DNA of 61,245 nucleotides, the filler included, from Hausera hauseri (Eukaryota): assembly GCA_046269625.1 (NCBI GenBank). It is 11 parts of 11 records of this genome, joined end to end, with 100 filler letters (N's around TTAATTAATTAA, not from the genome) between each part and the next. Parts side by side here need not be neighbours in the genome. Positions count along the whole stretch, not along the records: positions 31,425 to 37,240 come from JBJURY010184083.1; positions 37,341 to 42,423 come from JBJURY010340823.1; positions 42,524 to 47,100 come from JBJURY010521458.1; positions 47,201 to 52,546 come from JBJURY010273952.1; 7 more parts are not named here. One strand, written 5' to 3'. The notes under the pieces are model-generated. The model saw nothing but the letters and a program-made list of their open reading frames with translations. It searched no databases and was not told the origin of the DNA. The position numbers and the translations under genes were made by a program. This document shows, one piece after another, positions 36,230-49,923 of the stretch (positions are counted from its first letter, which is position 1; every line of letters starts with the position of its first letter).

Positions 36230-37340
36230 GCATTTTTTTTGTTTGGCTTGTATAGCACTGGTATATCATTTCATGGACAAAACAACTCTAATTGTTTCAC
36301 AAAACAGATAAACAAATTATATCAAAACAAAAGCATCACAGAAAGCAAGAGTACAATGAAAGGAAATAAAATGCTGCCAGCGTTTAGCTAGTGTGACATG
36401 ATAAAAAGTTAAATTAAATGATGAAATGTTCATTAATTGCTATGCCTAACCAACCAGTTTGTTTTAGCTGTTCATACAACATCCACATATGCAAGACAGT
36501 AATGCACATGGAGTGAGACATTAACCTTGTCATTTTTAAAGAAAATTTATCCACTCCAGTCCTCAGATTTATATGCACATTCATGTGCCAGATCCACTCA
36601 CAAACATCACACTAATGTGGGACTGGCATCACTGTAGGTCTGCTTCGGCACTTCGCAGTGACACCAAACTTGCAGGGAAAAGCAGATCTTGTTTCCCAAA
36701 TCAGCTGTTGAAGTGTATAATTAACACCTGAAAAATACATTTTTATCACAAAATAAGTGCAGTATTAATCCCAGAGGTTCATCTAGTTATCTTGACTCAA
36801 TTCCAGCATGTAGTACCTTGTTTGAAAGCTTGTAACCTGTAGTCTCTAACAAACAGGGTCTGGTCTTGCTAGTATTCATAAGTGACTTGGAGTGAGACAT
36901 TATATTTGTGCATTTTTGAAGAAAATCTGTCAACTCCAGTCCTCAGATTTACAGGCACATCCACTGTGCCAGATATACTCACGAATGTCACGCGAATGTC
37001 ACGCAAATGTGGGACTGGCATCACTCTGTAGGTCAGTTTTGGCCCTCTCAGGGCCATCAAACTTGCAAGGAAAAAGCAGATCTTGTTTCCCAAAATCAGC
37101 TGTTGACGTGTGTAATTAGCACATGAAAAGTACATTTTTATCACAAAATATGTGCAGTATTTAGAATGCTCCTACAGGCTCCCTGCAGATGTTGGATGCT
37201 GTCTATCATGGTGCACTAAGATTCATAACTGGCTGTGATTNNNNNNNNNNNNNNNNNNNNNNNNNNNNNNNNNNNNNNNNNNNNTTAATTAATTAANNNN
37301 NNNNNNNNNNNNNNNNNNNNNNNNNNNNNNNNNNNNNNNN

Positions 37341-37783
37341 GGATACCGTACCGATGATGTCATCTGTATTAAAAGTACGGCCATCAACTTCAATAATATT
37401 TATTTTAGATCCGTATACAAAAATATGGTCTTCTCCATTGCAATTTCTAAAAAATCCAACCGAACCTGTTCGCGCAAACGCTTCTTGATACAAGACGACG
37501 TTCTCATAATCTTTCTTCTTCATATTAATTGTCAGGATTTCCTCAGATACTTCATCAGCAGTCATCCAGAAGACACGAAACTCCCTTTCCAAACTGATTA
37601 AAACAGCTTGCATTGACGGCAGTAGACACCCACTGGACCATTCAAATTTAACCGTTCGGGATTTTATTTCAGTGAATTTTAGTTGAATGTTTATAACAGT
37701 ACAAATCGCAGTCTGTCCATTGGTAACGTCAATAACTTCTTTGTCATAATACGATCGTACAACAAATGACTTGTTCAGAAATG
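37341..37783 (-). CDS. Unidentified open frame (147 codons) running off the contig end
   Basis: Stop-free minus frame from 37783 to the contig end; ending ..NTDDIIGTVS may lead into an AMP-binding TSG motif (speculative). Confidence 0.35.
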
Positions 37784-37991
37784 TTTAAATATGATTGTAA
37801 GATGATTAAAGTTTGAATGTTCAAAAGTCCATAATACATTTCATTTTCTATCTAATTTCAATTAAACTTGTGATTTAGTTACGTAAATTTAAAATAATTG
37901 TAATAATGTGATGTGATTTTTCATCAATTATGTTACGTAAAAATTACGCAATTCCTTAAGAGAACTCAGATTCAACTACATACATTTGAAC

Positions 37992-39369
37992 ATGGAATAT
38001 CCCATTTATCAGTCGCCTGTTGCCAATAATTCCGACGAAAAAGATTTTGCTCATGATTTTCCAGAACCCCTATTAAACGCCGGATGGAGGAAATTTTGGT
38101 CAAAGAGAGAAAATCGCGAATATTATTTCAATAAAAACTCTGGTGTTAGTTTGTGGGATTTGAACGAATTAGAAAATCATGAAGCTAAAAACCAAGCTGA
38201 CAATACAAATTTTAAACGGAAAAGTAGCGATAGTGGCAGTTTTGATGATAATTCTTTTACTAAACGACCGTTTAAAGGAAGAGGTTTCACCGAGCCTCTC
38301 CTGGGGCCGTCATTTGTTCCCGGTTCTCTCTACAACTTTTCCCATCTAACATATATGCCTCTCATCAAAGGAAAGCGCCCATCAATCTCTGTATTTTTAC
38401 CTCCGCATCCAATGATCGAAGTTGAACGAGCATCTTTGTTGAATAAATTACGATCTCAATTTGCCAATTCCTGTGTGACTCGGGAAGGTATTCAACCGCC
38501 GGAAGGTTCATTTAATCGTTGGCTAATGCAAATGAAAATATCGGATTCCGGTTCTGATCCGGTTTTTCCCAACAAATGCCCGAAGGAAATCGGTTCGTCA
38601 ATGAAACGGGAACTACTGTTGTCTTTGCCATTTCCGATTTCCAAACCGAAATATTTGAATTCTGCTAAAACCCAATTGATTCGATATGCGGAGTCCGTCA
38701 AAGATTTGGTTGAACGACGAAATGCTAGTCCACCTTGTCGGAAAATAATCAAACATAACGTTGATGATACATTGAGATGGATCAGGAATGAGGACTATCA
38801 TACGTTTGATGATTTCGTTGAGAAGCTGGTAAATCTGAAGCGGGTTTGCCAGCCTCATATTCAAGAATTAATCCGAGAGTGTTAAAAAGATCTGCATAAA
38901 TATGTATAATCTTAGTCAAGAGTATTCGTTGTCATAACGATCGAAACATTTGAAACTCATGGAACAACTCGGAATTCAAATTCCCGAATTGATACTCAAA
39001 GATAGTAGTCTCGAATATATAGTCCAAACGCCTTACAATGACCCTTTACAATTAGAGGAAAATAAATTATGCCCTAAACTCTCTGATGAATAGAAATTCG
39101 AACTTGTTCCACCAAATCCACTCGGTCTCGCATGCCGATGTCCTTTGTTCACTCCACCAAATTCAGAACCTTTCATTTCGATATTTGAAGAATCCGTATA
39201 CTATGTAAAATTCAATCTTGTTGCCGTACAAATTCCCGATTTGTGGAAATTTCATATCACAAAAACCCACTATGAAAAACTCAAATTGCTCTACACGCTC
39301 AATACTAAAGACGATTTCAATAAATTGACACTTAAATCCCGTTTGTGGTGTCTTTTACAGCGATACTAC
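37992..39369 (+). pseudogene. PCIF1: PCIF1/CAPAM (cap m6Am methyltransferase) pseudogene: WW and helical domains present, catalytic domain missing
   Basis: GWRKFWSKRENREYYFN..SLW (WW), PPHPMIEVERA, REGIQPPEGSFNRWL, CQPH..SVKKICINMYNLS, RLWCLLQRY; frameshift at ~38878, TAA 38935, TAG 39091; no NPPF motif seen. Confidence 0.88.
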
Positions 39370-40595
39370 AGAATGCAACACACCTTATTCATGTTATAAA
39401 AGCATGAATTGTTTGTTGAAATACTCAAAAGAACGAACATGGTCGCGCATTGAATAATAAAAGGGGACTACAGTGTTATAAAATGGAGAAGATAGATGCT
39501 AGATTTGTTTTAGCGAGTCTTGTATGTAACGAAAAATGAAACATTGTATTTCCTACAGATTCTGTCTACAGTCTTCAAATCTACGGATTTATTCAATGTC
39601 CATTTCCACCTAAAGACTCTCTTCTACAAACTTCTGTGTCCAACTCAGTGTACCAGAATATTATTTCAAATTGTTAGTTTATCGTTGATTTTAAAATTAT
39701 GCTTTTATACTAATCAGTTATGGGAGGTAAATGTTTGGTTAAATAGGTAAACGATATTCACCAATGGGACAATTTGATACAGGATCACTCAATAACATCT
39801 TTACTATGCAATAGAAATAAAGTTGATAATTTAATTTATCTGACACCTATGTTGACCAACCATTATATTGTACTATACCAACGGTTTCCCCAATAATTCC
39901 AATTAATCCTGGTCCGCCAATTCATGCCAAAATACAACTGCACGTCGTGATGAAATTTATTAATCAACAATACTCACCAACATTCCAAAATCCATCCTAT
40001 CAAGAATATATCAATTTTACAACGATGTTTCTTGAAACTATTTCAAATGGACTAAAAGATCGAGATTACAATGCGATTTCCTAAATTCTATCTGTCAAAC
40101 CAAGGAATATCAATATTGAGTACAATGTTCTTATTTAAGTCCCTCATGCTTCCTCCAAAAGTCGAGCTGTCATTTCTAACTCTGCTGTGAATCCCTTACA
40201 AATTGTAATTAATAAACAAAATTGGAAGAATATTACGATATTGTCGATCAGCGGTTAAATTTTAATTCTGTGTATTTATATTGCACTCTTTTAAGCATTA
40301 TCTGAATAAATACCAGGTGGCTCAAAATAACGAAGTTAAAGTTGAATAATACTTTTTTATTTTGTACTGTGTATTTGCCTTTTCTTTGCGCTTGTGCAGA
40401 TCACTCCTGTGTTAGTGTATGTGTTAAGCCACCTTGCCGGATTTGATGGCCTTGCGTATGGAATATATCGAAATTTTGTTTAAATATGTTAAATCGAGTT
40501 TACATTTTGTATGGTAATTCAACAAATATATTGATTTTATCAACCGTTTTGTCTCTATATTTTTGAAACTCTATTTTTGGATTTTTCTATTACAG

Positions 40596-42423
40596 ATTAC
40601 GTACAAATTGGTGTCAGAAGAATAACTTGCCCAAAAACGTTTGTATTTTCATTTCATGGATTTAAAGCGTACATCTGTGCATATTCTGTCGAATTATTCA
40701 ATGTTCTTATAAAAGATGCTCGATCGGACGATGAAGTATTTTGCAAAGAGTTGGAGATCGTGTCTCACAAGGCCTTCGACAATTCTTCATGTAATTGCAA
40801 CGAAATTATTCGTGATAGATGCGTCAAACTCTCCAAAAAACTAAAGACATTCGAGAAAGTCATTATCTCGATCGAATTACTTGAATTGGACAATGCTCAT
40901 GCCAGTTTGTTCGTTTGACTTGAACAAATCGAAAAAACCTATTTCAAAAAAAATCTCGTGGACAACAGACTTTATGTTTGTGACAGCCTGGCGACCGGGT
41001 TTTCCATGGGAAAGATCAGCAACGTCAATCTGTTTCTTGACGTTTCTGCAAACAGCCAAAAAGACACCAGTTACTTATCGGAACTCGAGAAACTCAGTGA
41101 AGCCATAAAAACGAAACTAGGCTTTTCCACGGAAATTCGTTTAGACAAAGCTTTAGCGGTCTATTTTGCAAAGACAAAAACCAAGTTTCATATCACATCA
41201 GCGCCAACAATCACGTCCAGCTCATGACATTGGAATTAGTCGTGTTGTACTTGAAAATTGACAGTCGTGCCAAACTGTTTCGGATATTTGCATCGAAAGC
41301 ATTTATCGACCAAACGACTGATGGATTTTTCCCAAAAAGCATATTCAGTCTACTGATCATTTTTTATTTGCAACAGCTAAAAATCCCGATTCTCCCAAAT
41401 CTCGATAAACTAGCCGAATGAAATCTGAAAACTCTACCGGAAAAATCGATCACAACACACGTTTCCAGCGATAAAGTATTCCGATACGTGAACAATTTGG
41501 ACGATATCCGGAAACTCTGGCATCCCCCGGAAAACTAATCCCAACTGGCGGAACTTTGGATCGGTATGCTGAAATTCTACACGGTCGATTTCAACATCGC
41601 CACGTACATGGTGAGTATCAGGAGCAACGAACCGGTTTTGAAAAGCCAACGAAATACCGTCAACAAACGCTTGGCCGTCGAAGACACGTTCGATTACAAA
41701 CGGAGTCTTCTGTTTAATTGGAACAACAACGACGTTATTGATTATTTCAATAACCAATTACAAGGGTGTTATACGTATTTTGCCATACCGCAATTGAAAA
41801 CGACCGGTTTTTAACAAAGTTCTCTTTTCCTAAGTGTCGTTCGATAATTTGAACAAAACGTCGTCGGTTACGTTTCTATTCAAGAACAACGATTATTCCG
41901 ATTGTATGAGACATGTTAGAATTGGAATTAAAAAAACCTCTACACGGAGGAGAAATCATTTTATGACGTTCGGAAGTGACCGGTTGCCATGTTTTTCCAA
42001 TCGTGTTTGTCGAAAATTCTCATCACGATTTTCAACGACAAACGGGACATCGACAGTTTTATTTGGTTTCTGAATTTAAAGATAAAGAATTCGGCGTTCT
42101 TTTTCATTACCAACTTTGTCATGCTTCGTGATCATGCGTTGGAAATTGCCAAAATTATCTTTGACGATTTTTCCTAATATCTCGAATCAAATTCACTCTG
42201 GACCCAATTGGAAATCAATACGAAAGAGGCTTTTGGCTTGATCAAAAAGTCGGTTCAGTCGTTTATAAACAAATCATTCGACATTTCTGACATTCATGAG
42301 GAATGTGAAGATGACGATTTTATCGAAGAAAGTAACGAGTCTGAATCGGAAATACCCAATGAAGAAGAAATTCCATTGCATTTGTTCGGTATTGACGACG
42401 TGGATTTGAATAAAACGGATATC
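40596..42423 (+). pseudogene. Terminal uridylyltransferase TUT4/TUT7-like pseudogene (first NTase + PAP-associated domain)
   Basis: DSLATGFSMGKISNVNL, FRIFASKAFIDQTTDGFFPKSIFSLLIIFYLQQ.KIPILP, LAELWIGMLKFYTVDF..MVSIR..RLAVEDTF..CYTYFAIPQ follow the TUT4/7 pattern; multiple stops and frameshifts. Confidence 0.8.
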
Positions 42424-42774
42424 NNNNNNNNNNNNNNNNNNNNNNNNNNNNNNNNNNNNNNNNNNNNTTAATTAATTAANNNNNNNNNNNNNNNNNNNNN
42501 NNNNNNNNNNNNNNNNNNNNNNNTAATAAAAATTTGTAATTCAGAAAATGATGAAGGTGCAGGTAAACACAAGAGTTTACCGAACCACCATCGAACCAAC
42601 ATTTAGATAATTCTATTCAAAATAAAATGCTTACAAAAATTGTAGCACAGATCTTGACCTCCACACATAAATCTAACCACTCGACATTCTTCATCCCTTA
42701 TATACAACACTAACTAATATTCTCAATTCTATCCTATGTAGAAAACCGGTAAGATTGGAAATTTCTTAAGAGGT

Positions 42775-44560
42775 GGCTCACCGAGAGGGAATTCGCACGA
42801 AGAAATAAAACAATCACAGCCATCAAACAACAGCTTTCCGTGCTATATATTCTTCAAAGTCAATGGTTTTTTTAGTCAATGGCTTGGTCTACACGGACAA
42901 TAGTTATCAGATACCAATCTGGTCAACGCGAAAGTGCAAGCATATTCCCTTCTTTCTCAATTACCTACTGAATTTCATCAAAATATTACGGAGATACCGG
43001 CGTTGCTAACATAAGATTAGCCTTACGACGTTTTATGCAAAGCCATCATTAAGTTGTTAGAAACGCCGGTACTCGAACTGATAACAAAATACTTTATAAC
43101 AAACCCGATAGGTTCTAAAACGTCCACTTAATGTTACGTCTTATAAAAGAAGACTTTTTAAGACTTAAAATTAACCTTAGCGAAAATTAGGATTTATTGA
43201 AACAGCTGTTCGTGCAGAGTTTCCCTCCCGAACTGCAAATTTTCTTCCCATTTGTTCAACCAACGATAAGCCTTGACGACTTTGCAGTAATGGCGGAAGT
43301 CTTTAGAATCTTTACGAGCTCTACAACCTCCACAACAAGCGATGCACGTAATGACAACATCACGCACCATAGCAGCCAGACTCATGGATTCAATAAGTTA
43401 ACCAAAATTCTAAATCCTTTTATGACGGTGTAGGCAATCCAGAATAACAATGTGCACCATTCACTCCAACGACTACATGCATATAGTTCAACTGCCCCGT
43501 CACGCAACAGATCTGTCCCTCATCACAGATCCCCGTCTCGCAGTCGAGAACGGATCTGTTTTTAGTACAAACGCTTCGATGAAAAAGCAATTAAATGTCA
43601 TATCGGTTGTAAATTCCGCCGCAAAGGTGCAGCCACAATTTCTGAACTTTGCGTCTAACATGAAGCATATGGTGATAATGCAAAAAATTGCTTCCCCGGT
43701 TGCAACCACAACAAATCTCAACCTAACAACACATCCTCAGCTTTAAACTTCTAAGGCCACCAAAGGGCTTGGCAACTTGTGGTATAGGCCTTTATGAATA
43801 CTTGTAAAACCAGATGAAACAGCTTTAAACGCCGCCTTCTTCACTCAATCAACCATCAACACCAGGTAGTCTGACGCACAAACTTCTTTCCTTGCAGACA
43901 TCGGTTCCGCAATTTATGCTCTTCCTAATTTTCACGTTGCAACAGGTAACAATATTGTTTCTCACAATCTAAATTCAACCAATGGTACACCCATCAAAAC
44001 TGCCGAAGAGCGAAAGTTATCATTCAAACTCCACTCTGGCTGTTTTCTTGTAGCAATTCATTGTTTCCGACGTTTTACAACCAAATTTAGTCTCAGACTT
44101 TTTTCAAACCTTTTATTTACTTGCTGATTGCAAACGCAGAATGCTGTTGTCTCGGAAAAATTATGATAGGTTAACTACTAATTTAAAATCGCCAATTAAT
44201 TCAATCCTTAAATCAGCCGAGAACAGTAAAAATAGGAAACAACGTGTTTCATGGTGAAAGACCATAATAGCAAAAACGAACGAGGAAACACCAGTCGTAC
44301 CTACCGAACTTTCTGCCGTCCCTCCCGTCTTATAATCTTTTATTTTCACAAATTGCGCGAATACGCTACAAAAGTCGAAAACCTTTAAGCCTGCTGTTTC
44401 AACATTTCGCAGCATTCACACGAGTTCACACGCTCCAGTTGCACAATGCCTTCGTGAGCTCCAACCAAAACGCCGCGACATGGTTGAAACTGAATTTTTG
44501 CAACTTTAACCACAGGGTACAATCCGACGGTCTACCTCAGTACTTCACCTGGTACAGAAG
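42775..44560 (+). mobile_element. Decayed Gypsy (CsRN1-like) gag-protease-RT start
   Basis: LKQLFVQSFPPELQ..LDDFAVMAE; two Cys-His motifs (..RFDEKAIKCHIGC, CV.HEAYGDNAKNCFPGC); FLADIGSAIYALP; TGG-starting PBS-like motif at ~42774. Confidence 0.8.
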
Positions 44561-44902
44561 ATTAATGTACATTTTTGCAATGGTGGAATCCGATAATAAC
44601 GTGTTTACTCAGTCAATGTCAGATAATTTATATCTACATCAGGATATACCTGGTGTGAAATTTTCGTATACAACAAAAATAAAAGCTGTGAAATTAAAAG
44701 TCAAAAATATTGTTATAGTTTTAAAATGACTGACAACTTACCCATGGACAATAATTAATTCGGTAAACTAGACTTTGGGTTAATATGGCCAATTTATCAA
44801 TTGTCGATTAATCAGTCAACCAATGTTATGAAAAACTCCGAAGGAATACCTATATAGATTAAATTTAGCAAATTTCGTATAAATTCTGAAAGTTAACACG
44901 TC

Positions 44903-44924
44903 CCTAATTTCGTACGAAATTAGG
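44903..44924. repeat. Perfect 22-bp palindrome
   Basis: CCTAATTTCGTACGAAATTAGG. Confidence 0.9.
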
Positions 44925-45366
44925 AAATTAAAATAAATCGCAGTTTGGTTTTTCGTTGATCACTGTATTACGCTAATTTTGTGATTTCATTTTTGAATTT
45001 CACAGAAAGGAATGCAAATTGAGTTAACATGTGCAATTACTATATTCAACGTTTCTAAGGTTCGCTAGAAAAGACCATGTGTTAAAAATTTGAACATTGG
45101 ATATTTCTATACATGTCTATACATACCTTGTATGTTTAGTTGTATGCTTTTATACACACATGCGAACTAATTTTTTTCGCAGATATGAATTTTTAACAAA
45201 TTGAAACTCGTAGCTATGAAGATCTGATGTTTATTTAAATTTTCTTACTGAATTTTATCACCAAATTGTGTCATTTATTTCTCATAAACATTTTAATTTA
45301 CATTACATATAATTGAGTGATAATTTATTAAAATTAACAATTTCAGTTTACTGATGTTACACTTTA

Positions 45367-46189
45367 ATGGAAGAAACGGGAAAAATTGATGAAAGTGATG
45401 GAGAAAATTCAAACGGTTATTTTTATAATATTTTAAAAATGAAAGGCAAATGTAAACAGAATTCTGTCGAGTATGCCGTTGTGGAGCAGCCAGAAATAGA
45501 GCGCTACTTTCTCCATGTTTATGTTCAGGCAGTATAAAATATGTTCATCAGGATTGGTAAATCGTTTTGTGTTTTTTGGTTACGAATTAATTTTGTTAAT
45601 AATAATTAGTTTAATGCAGTGGTTGAAACATAGTAAAAGGGAATTCTGTGAATTGTGTAAACATAAATTCGCTTTTGCTCCAATCTATTCCGCAGATATG
45701 CCATCCCGGTTGCCTATAGCAATGTTTCTCCATGGATTACTGACGTCATTAAAGAATGCTGTTGTATCATGGTTACACTATAGTCTCGTTGCTGTTGCGT
45801 GGATTCTTGTCGTGCCGTTAACAGCCTGCCGGATCTGCCGATCTTTGTTCACGGGTTCCGTAAGTAGTCTCCTTACGTTACCATTGGATATGTTGTCGAC
45901 CGAAAACGTTTTCATCGATTGCTTTTATGGAATAATTGTTGTTGGTTTGACGCTGGGAACGTTCGTATGTTTCATGTGGATCCGACAACAAATCATGGCC
46001 AATGGAGGACCAGAATGGTTGGAATTACGACAAATCCGTGTGGAAAATACACAGAACGATATTGGTGGTATCAGTGGTAATAATCTGTTAGGTGGTGCAC
46101 GTAATTTTCTTCCAAATATGTTTAATGTATTGGCTGCAGTGCCGGAAAATGATGAAAACCCAGAAGATGATGTTGGCATTAATGAACAG
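45367..46189 (+). CDS. MARCHF6: E3 ubiquitin ligase MARCHF6/Doa10, 5' part: exons 45367-45415, 45460-45556, 45610-46189
   Basis: Splicing GT-AG introns of 44 and 53 nt restores [62 protein letters not shown], followed by the conserved LLTLPLDMLSTEN. Confidence 0.93.
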
Positions 46190-47200
46190 GTATTATTCCT
46201 TACTGTATTTGGTGGTCTGTTTAATTAAAATATGATTGTATTTTGTTTCATAGTCTCCTCAATGAGATTTTTTTATTAACAAGATGTGAAGGTATATTTT
46301 TACAGTAGACTAAGCATTGCTCATGGTTTTGTAAATAGGTTTAAAATCATGTGTCCATTATAATGGATATGGGATTTTGAAAGGGTATAGACCAGTATGT
46401 AGATTAATACAGGTGACCACCAAGTCCTCTATTATTCAGGGGGAATTTGGTGAGCATTCCATGTACGTCTGTATTAGTTTGAAAGGTCATTATTGAACAT
46501 AATTTAGTTTTGGAAACATGGCGGTACTTATGTATTATCCACTCCTTATGCACATAAACACAATCATGCAAAAAATTGGTACTGTACAATATTTCCATTA
46601 ATTTTATCTATGGCTATTCTACATACAGTATGTCAAAAGTTGTGTATTATTACCCCGCACACAATTTACTTTAATAATTTACTTTTCTAATAATGTTTAT
46701 GTTTATGTTCCATCGATATAAACAGTTTCCATCGTATATTTCATCGAAATGGTGAATGTACATTAACGAAAAAAGTATATGGTTATGAGAATAATGCATA
46801 AGTGCCGAAGTACTTTCTAATGTGCTGTTGTGGTTAACCTATGATCTCGATTCTGTTCTCTACATTGCGATGAATGTTCAACGATGAATACCTGTCATTC
46901 ATACACTTCCTTTTCCATCGAATTTGGAAAAGATCCTGAGGAAGGCCATTTCAGTCATTCGCCTGTTGACTTATCATATCCGGAACTATATGGGTTCAGT
47001 TTCGGATTGATTATTCTATTCGACGAGTCGGCCATTTTATCTCATTGATCTGGCCTCCAATATGAGCTAATGGATATGTTTTGGGAATTCAGCAGTAACT
47101 NNNNNNNNNNNNNNNNNNNNNNNNNNNNNNNNNNNNNNNNNNNNTTAATTAATTAANNNNNNNNNNNNNNNNNNNNNNNNNNNNNNNNNNNNNNNNNNNN

Positions 47201-47984
47201 CAATTTAGAGACATCCATAGTAATCTTTATTCCCAAATATCGAAATCCGTTAGGTGACCATTTAAAATTAACTGTTTTGGATACTTCTGAGGGCCATGTC
47301 CCTTTTATCATCATGGCCTCTGATTTTGTTTCATTTACTTGATATCATGAGACTACACTGAAGTCTTTTAAACGTTTTAAAATATTTGGTATAGAAATTA
47401 TTGGGTCTCTAATATACAATATGACATCGTCAGCATACAGTGATAACTTCTGGGTCCTAATTTTGTCTGATATACCTAAGATTGATGGATCTGTCCTAAT
47501 TAACTCTGCTAAAGGTTCTATACTGATGGCAAACAAGATTGGGGACAGGCAGCATCCTTGACGTGTTCCTCTTTTTAAGGGAAAATTTTCTGACAGAAAA
47601 CCATTAATACATACTCTAGAAGTTGGATTGGAATACAGTACGTCAAACCAACTGATCAAATTTTTATCAAAACCCATAAGACCTGTTTCAGGAACGTCCA
47701 ATCCACCCGACCAAATGCTTCTCGGCATCCAGGCCGAGGAGCATTGATGTTTGTGTGTTTTGTTGTCCAATTGAAATTATATTTAATGTACGTCTAATAT
47801 TATTTATTCCGAATCTTTTAGGTATAAAGCCAGTCTGATCAGGATTAATGAGTTTATTTATGATTCTTTGTAGCCTTTTGGCCAAAATGGCACTTAAAAT
47901 CTTGACATCATTACATAGTAAACTAATTGGTCTATAAGAGGCACATTGTGTGGGGTCTTTACCTTCTTTGTATATGACTGAAAT
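47201..47984 (-). mobile_element. L1-clade LINE reverse transcriptase remnant (teleost-like)
   Basis: SYRPISLL..DQTGFIPKR..LDAEK..RGTRQGCCLSPILFA..LYADD. Confidence 0.92.
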
Positions 47985-47985
47985 T

Positions 47986-49112
47986 AGTGCTGGGCGATAT
48001 GACGATAGATATCGTGGGGACGATAGAAAAGTGCCTATTGTGCTACTTGCCTTTTTTCATCTCTATCGTTTCTAAAAAAAATAATTAAGTGATAAATAAG
48101 AATAATAAAAAGATAACTTTTCCAAAGAAGCTTCATATTGTGGTTTTGCGACATGACGCTGCTTTATGTTATTTGACGGACTCGCGGGTTTGCAACATGT
48201 TTTACGTTAAACTCATGAGAGCAGAACAATGGCGACACAGGCAGCCCAAGAAGGACTTTTACCAAAAAGAGGCACGGAGTAGAAAACGGTAATCGGGAAA
48301 CTTTCCCACAAGACCGTTCCCTCGCCCGACGCCAACACAACTAGCCTCTTCTATCATCCAACAAAGAACCACGAAAAAGAATACATCATAATCCAAAAAG
48401 TGAGAGGTAAAACAAGTTGTGAAACATCCTGTGAAAGTTTCAAAAAGAAAACCCATAGCCAGCTGAAGATAACAGAGTCTGTAGCTCGAGGCACGCCGTA
48501 TGAAAAAACTTTGCAGCGCCATAAACAAATAACAGTTGCCGTCTCATATTACATATGTAAAGGCATGACCCCCGTGTATGTAGTTGACAAGGTCAGTTTC
48601 CCAGACCTCGTCAAAGTCCTTGACCCCACATACGTCATGCCGAGCCGCAAACACTTCAGTCAATAGTAAGGTTTGCAAACTTTGCACCAGAAGGTTACAG
48701 ATTTCAGAAACTTTCATTTTTTTATAACAAGTTTTGTGCAAAATATGTTTTCTGTTCAAAAACTTTATAAACTTCAAATGTGCACTTTAAAAAATGTTAA
48801 ACATTTTGTTTATTTTGATCATTCAATTTAAGTTCCTGTATAATTATGAAAAAATCTGAAGGCCACTGTATCTCTACCTCATCTGTTGTCATTTGATACA
48901 TATATATTGCTGCACTAAAACATAATAATTCTTATTTGTGAAAGTTTTATTTAATGTCACTTTGAATTAAAGTTGGCAATGATATTATTTTGTCATTTTT
49001 CAGAGAATAAGTGAAAATGTACTTAATTGTGGTAAATCATGATGTCTATGGTTATGATGATATAAAAATGTCCATATGGTGATAGATCATTGTTTCTATA
49101 TGGCCCAGCACT
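47986..49112 (+). mobile_element. Internally deleted hAT transposon with 15-bp TIRs and a ZBED1-like transposase fragment (48400-48666)
   Basis: AGTGCTGGGCGATAT (47986-48000) vs ATATGGCCCAGCACT (49098-49112), 14/15 match; ITVAVSYYICKGMTP..F.DLVKVLDPTYVMPSRKHFS. Confidence 0.85.
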
Positions 49113-49923
49113 CGCTCCCTGCAGAGCTTTCAGTAAACAGGAGGAACATCCCAGCTGACAAACTCTTCAGCAGCTCTTTTCTCTACAGATCAGCCCCACA
49201 TTCTTTTCTTCTGATCACATCCAAACAATCAGAACAAAGAGTTCTGTGTCCAGCTGAACTCTGAGCTCATGGCATCAGATTCCAGCAGCTTTTCTCACTA
49301 AAACTTGATTGTTTCTGTTACACAGCCGCAAATGATGGGCCAACTCGTCTCCGGTGCAAATATTGATTTTGGATTAAACTGCAAAGCAGAAAAACACGTC
49401 AATCACAGGAGCAACTGGTGCGTTGTCTCTACACAGCTTCATCAAACACTGAGCAACTTCTTCTATTACATACCTTTTAACTGTGAAACTAACAAATTAA
49501 ACAGAAGTATTAAAACTGTTATCAATAGAACCATTTACATAACCATCTGTATGTTTGCACTTTTAATTCCACACATCACTTTCAGCAGCTGATAAAAATA
49601 TATTTTACAACATGAACATACATAATTATGAACTCAAATGACCTTTTATATTGCTTTCACCTGTTTTTAAACAGTTTTCATCCCTTTTAGATCACTTCTG
49701 AATTCTCTTTTAAATGAAATCACTTTGAACTGCATGTCTTTTTAACATTTCTATTATATTTCCCTTTAATGACATGAAATGAACATATTTGACATTTTCT
49801 ATGACGATTAGAAAACACATCTAGAAAATATAGTGCAGCTTTCAACAAAAATGAGCTGTTAAGAAGAATACAGACTTTCATGAAGACCAAAGAACTGAGC
49901 TAACAGCTACGTGAAGCACGTGC

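Noticed and set aside
38880-39100. In-frame TAA/TAG in PCIF1 (and elsewhere) as stop-codon reassignment
   Set aside because: They co-occur with frameshifts and truncation, and intact genes (GT32, MARCHF6) read normally; pseudogenisation is the simpler explanation.
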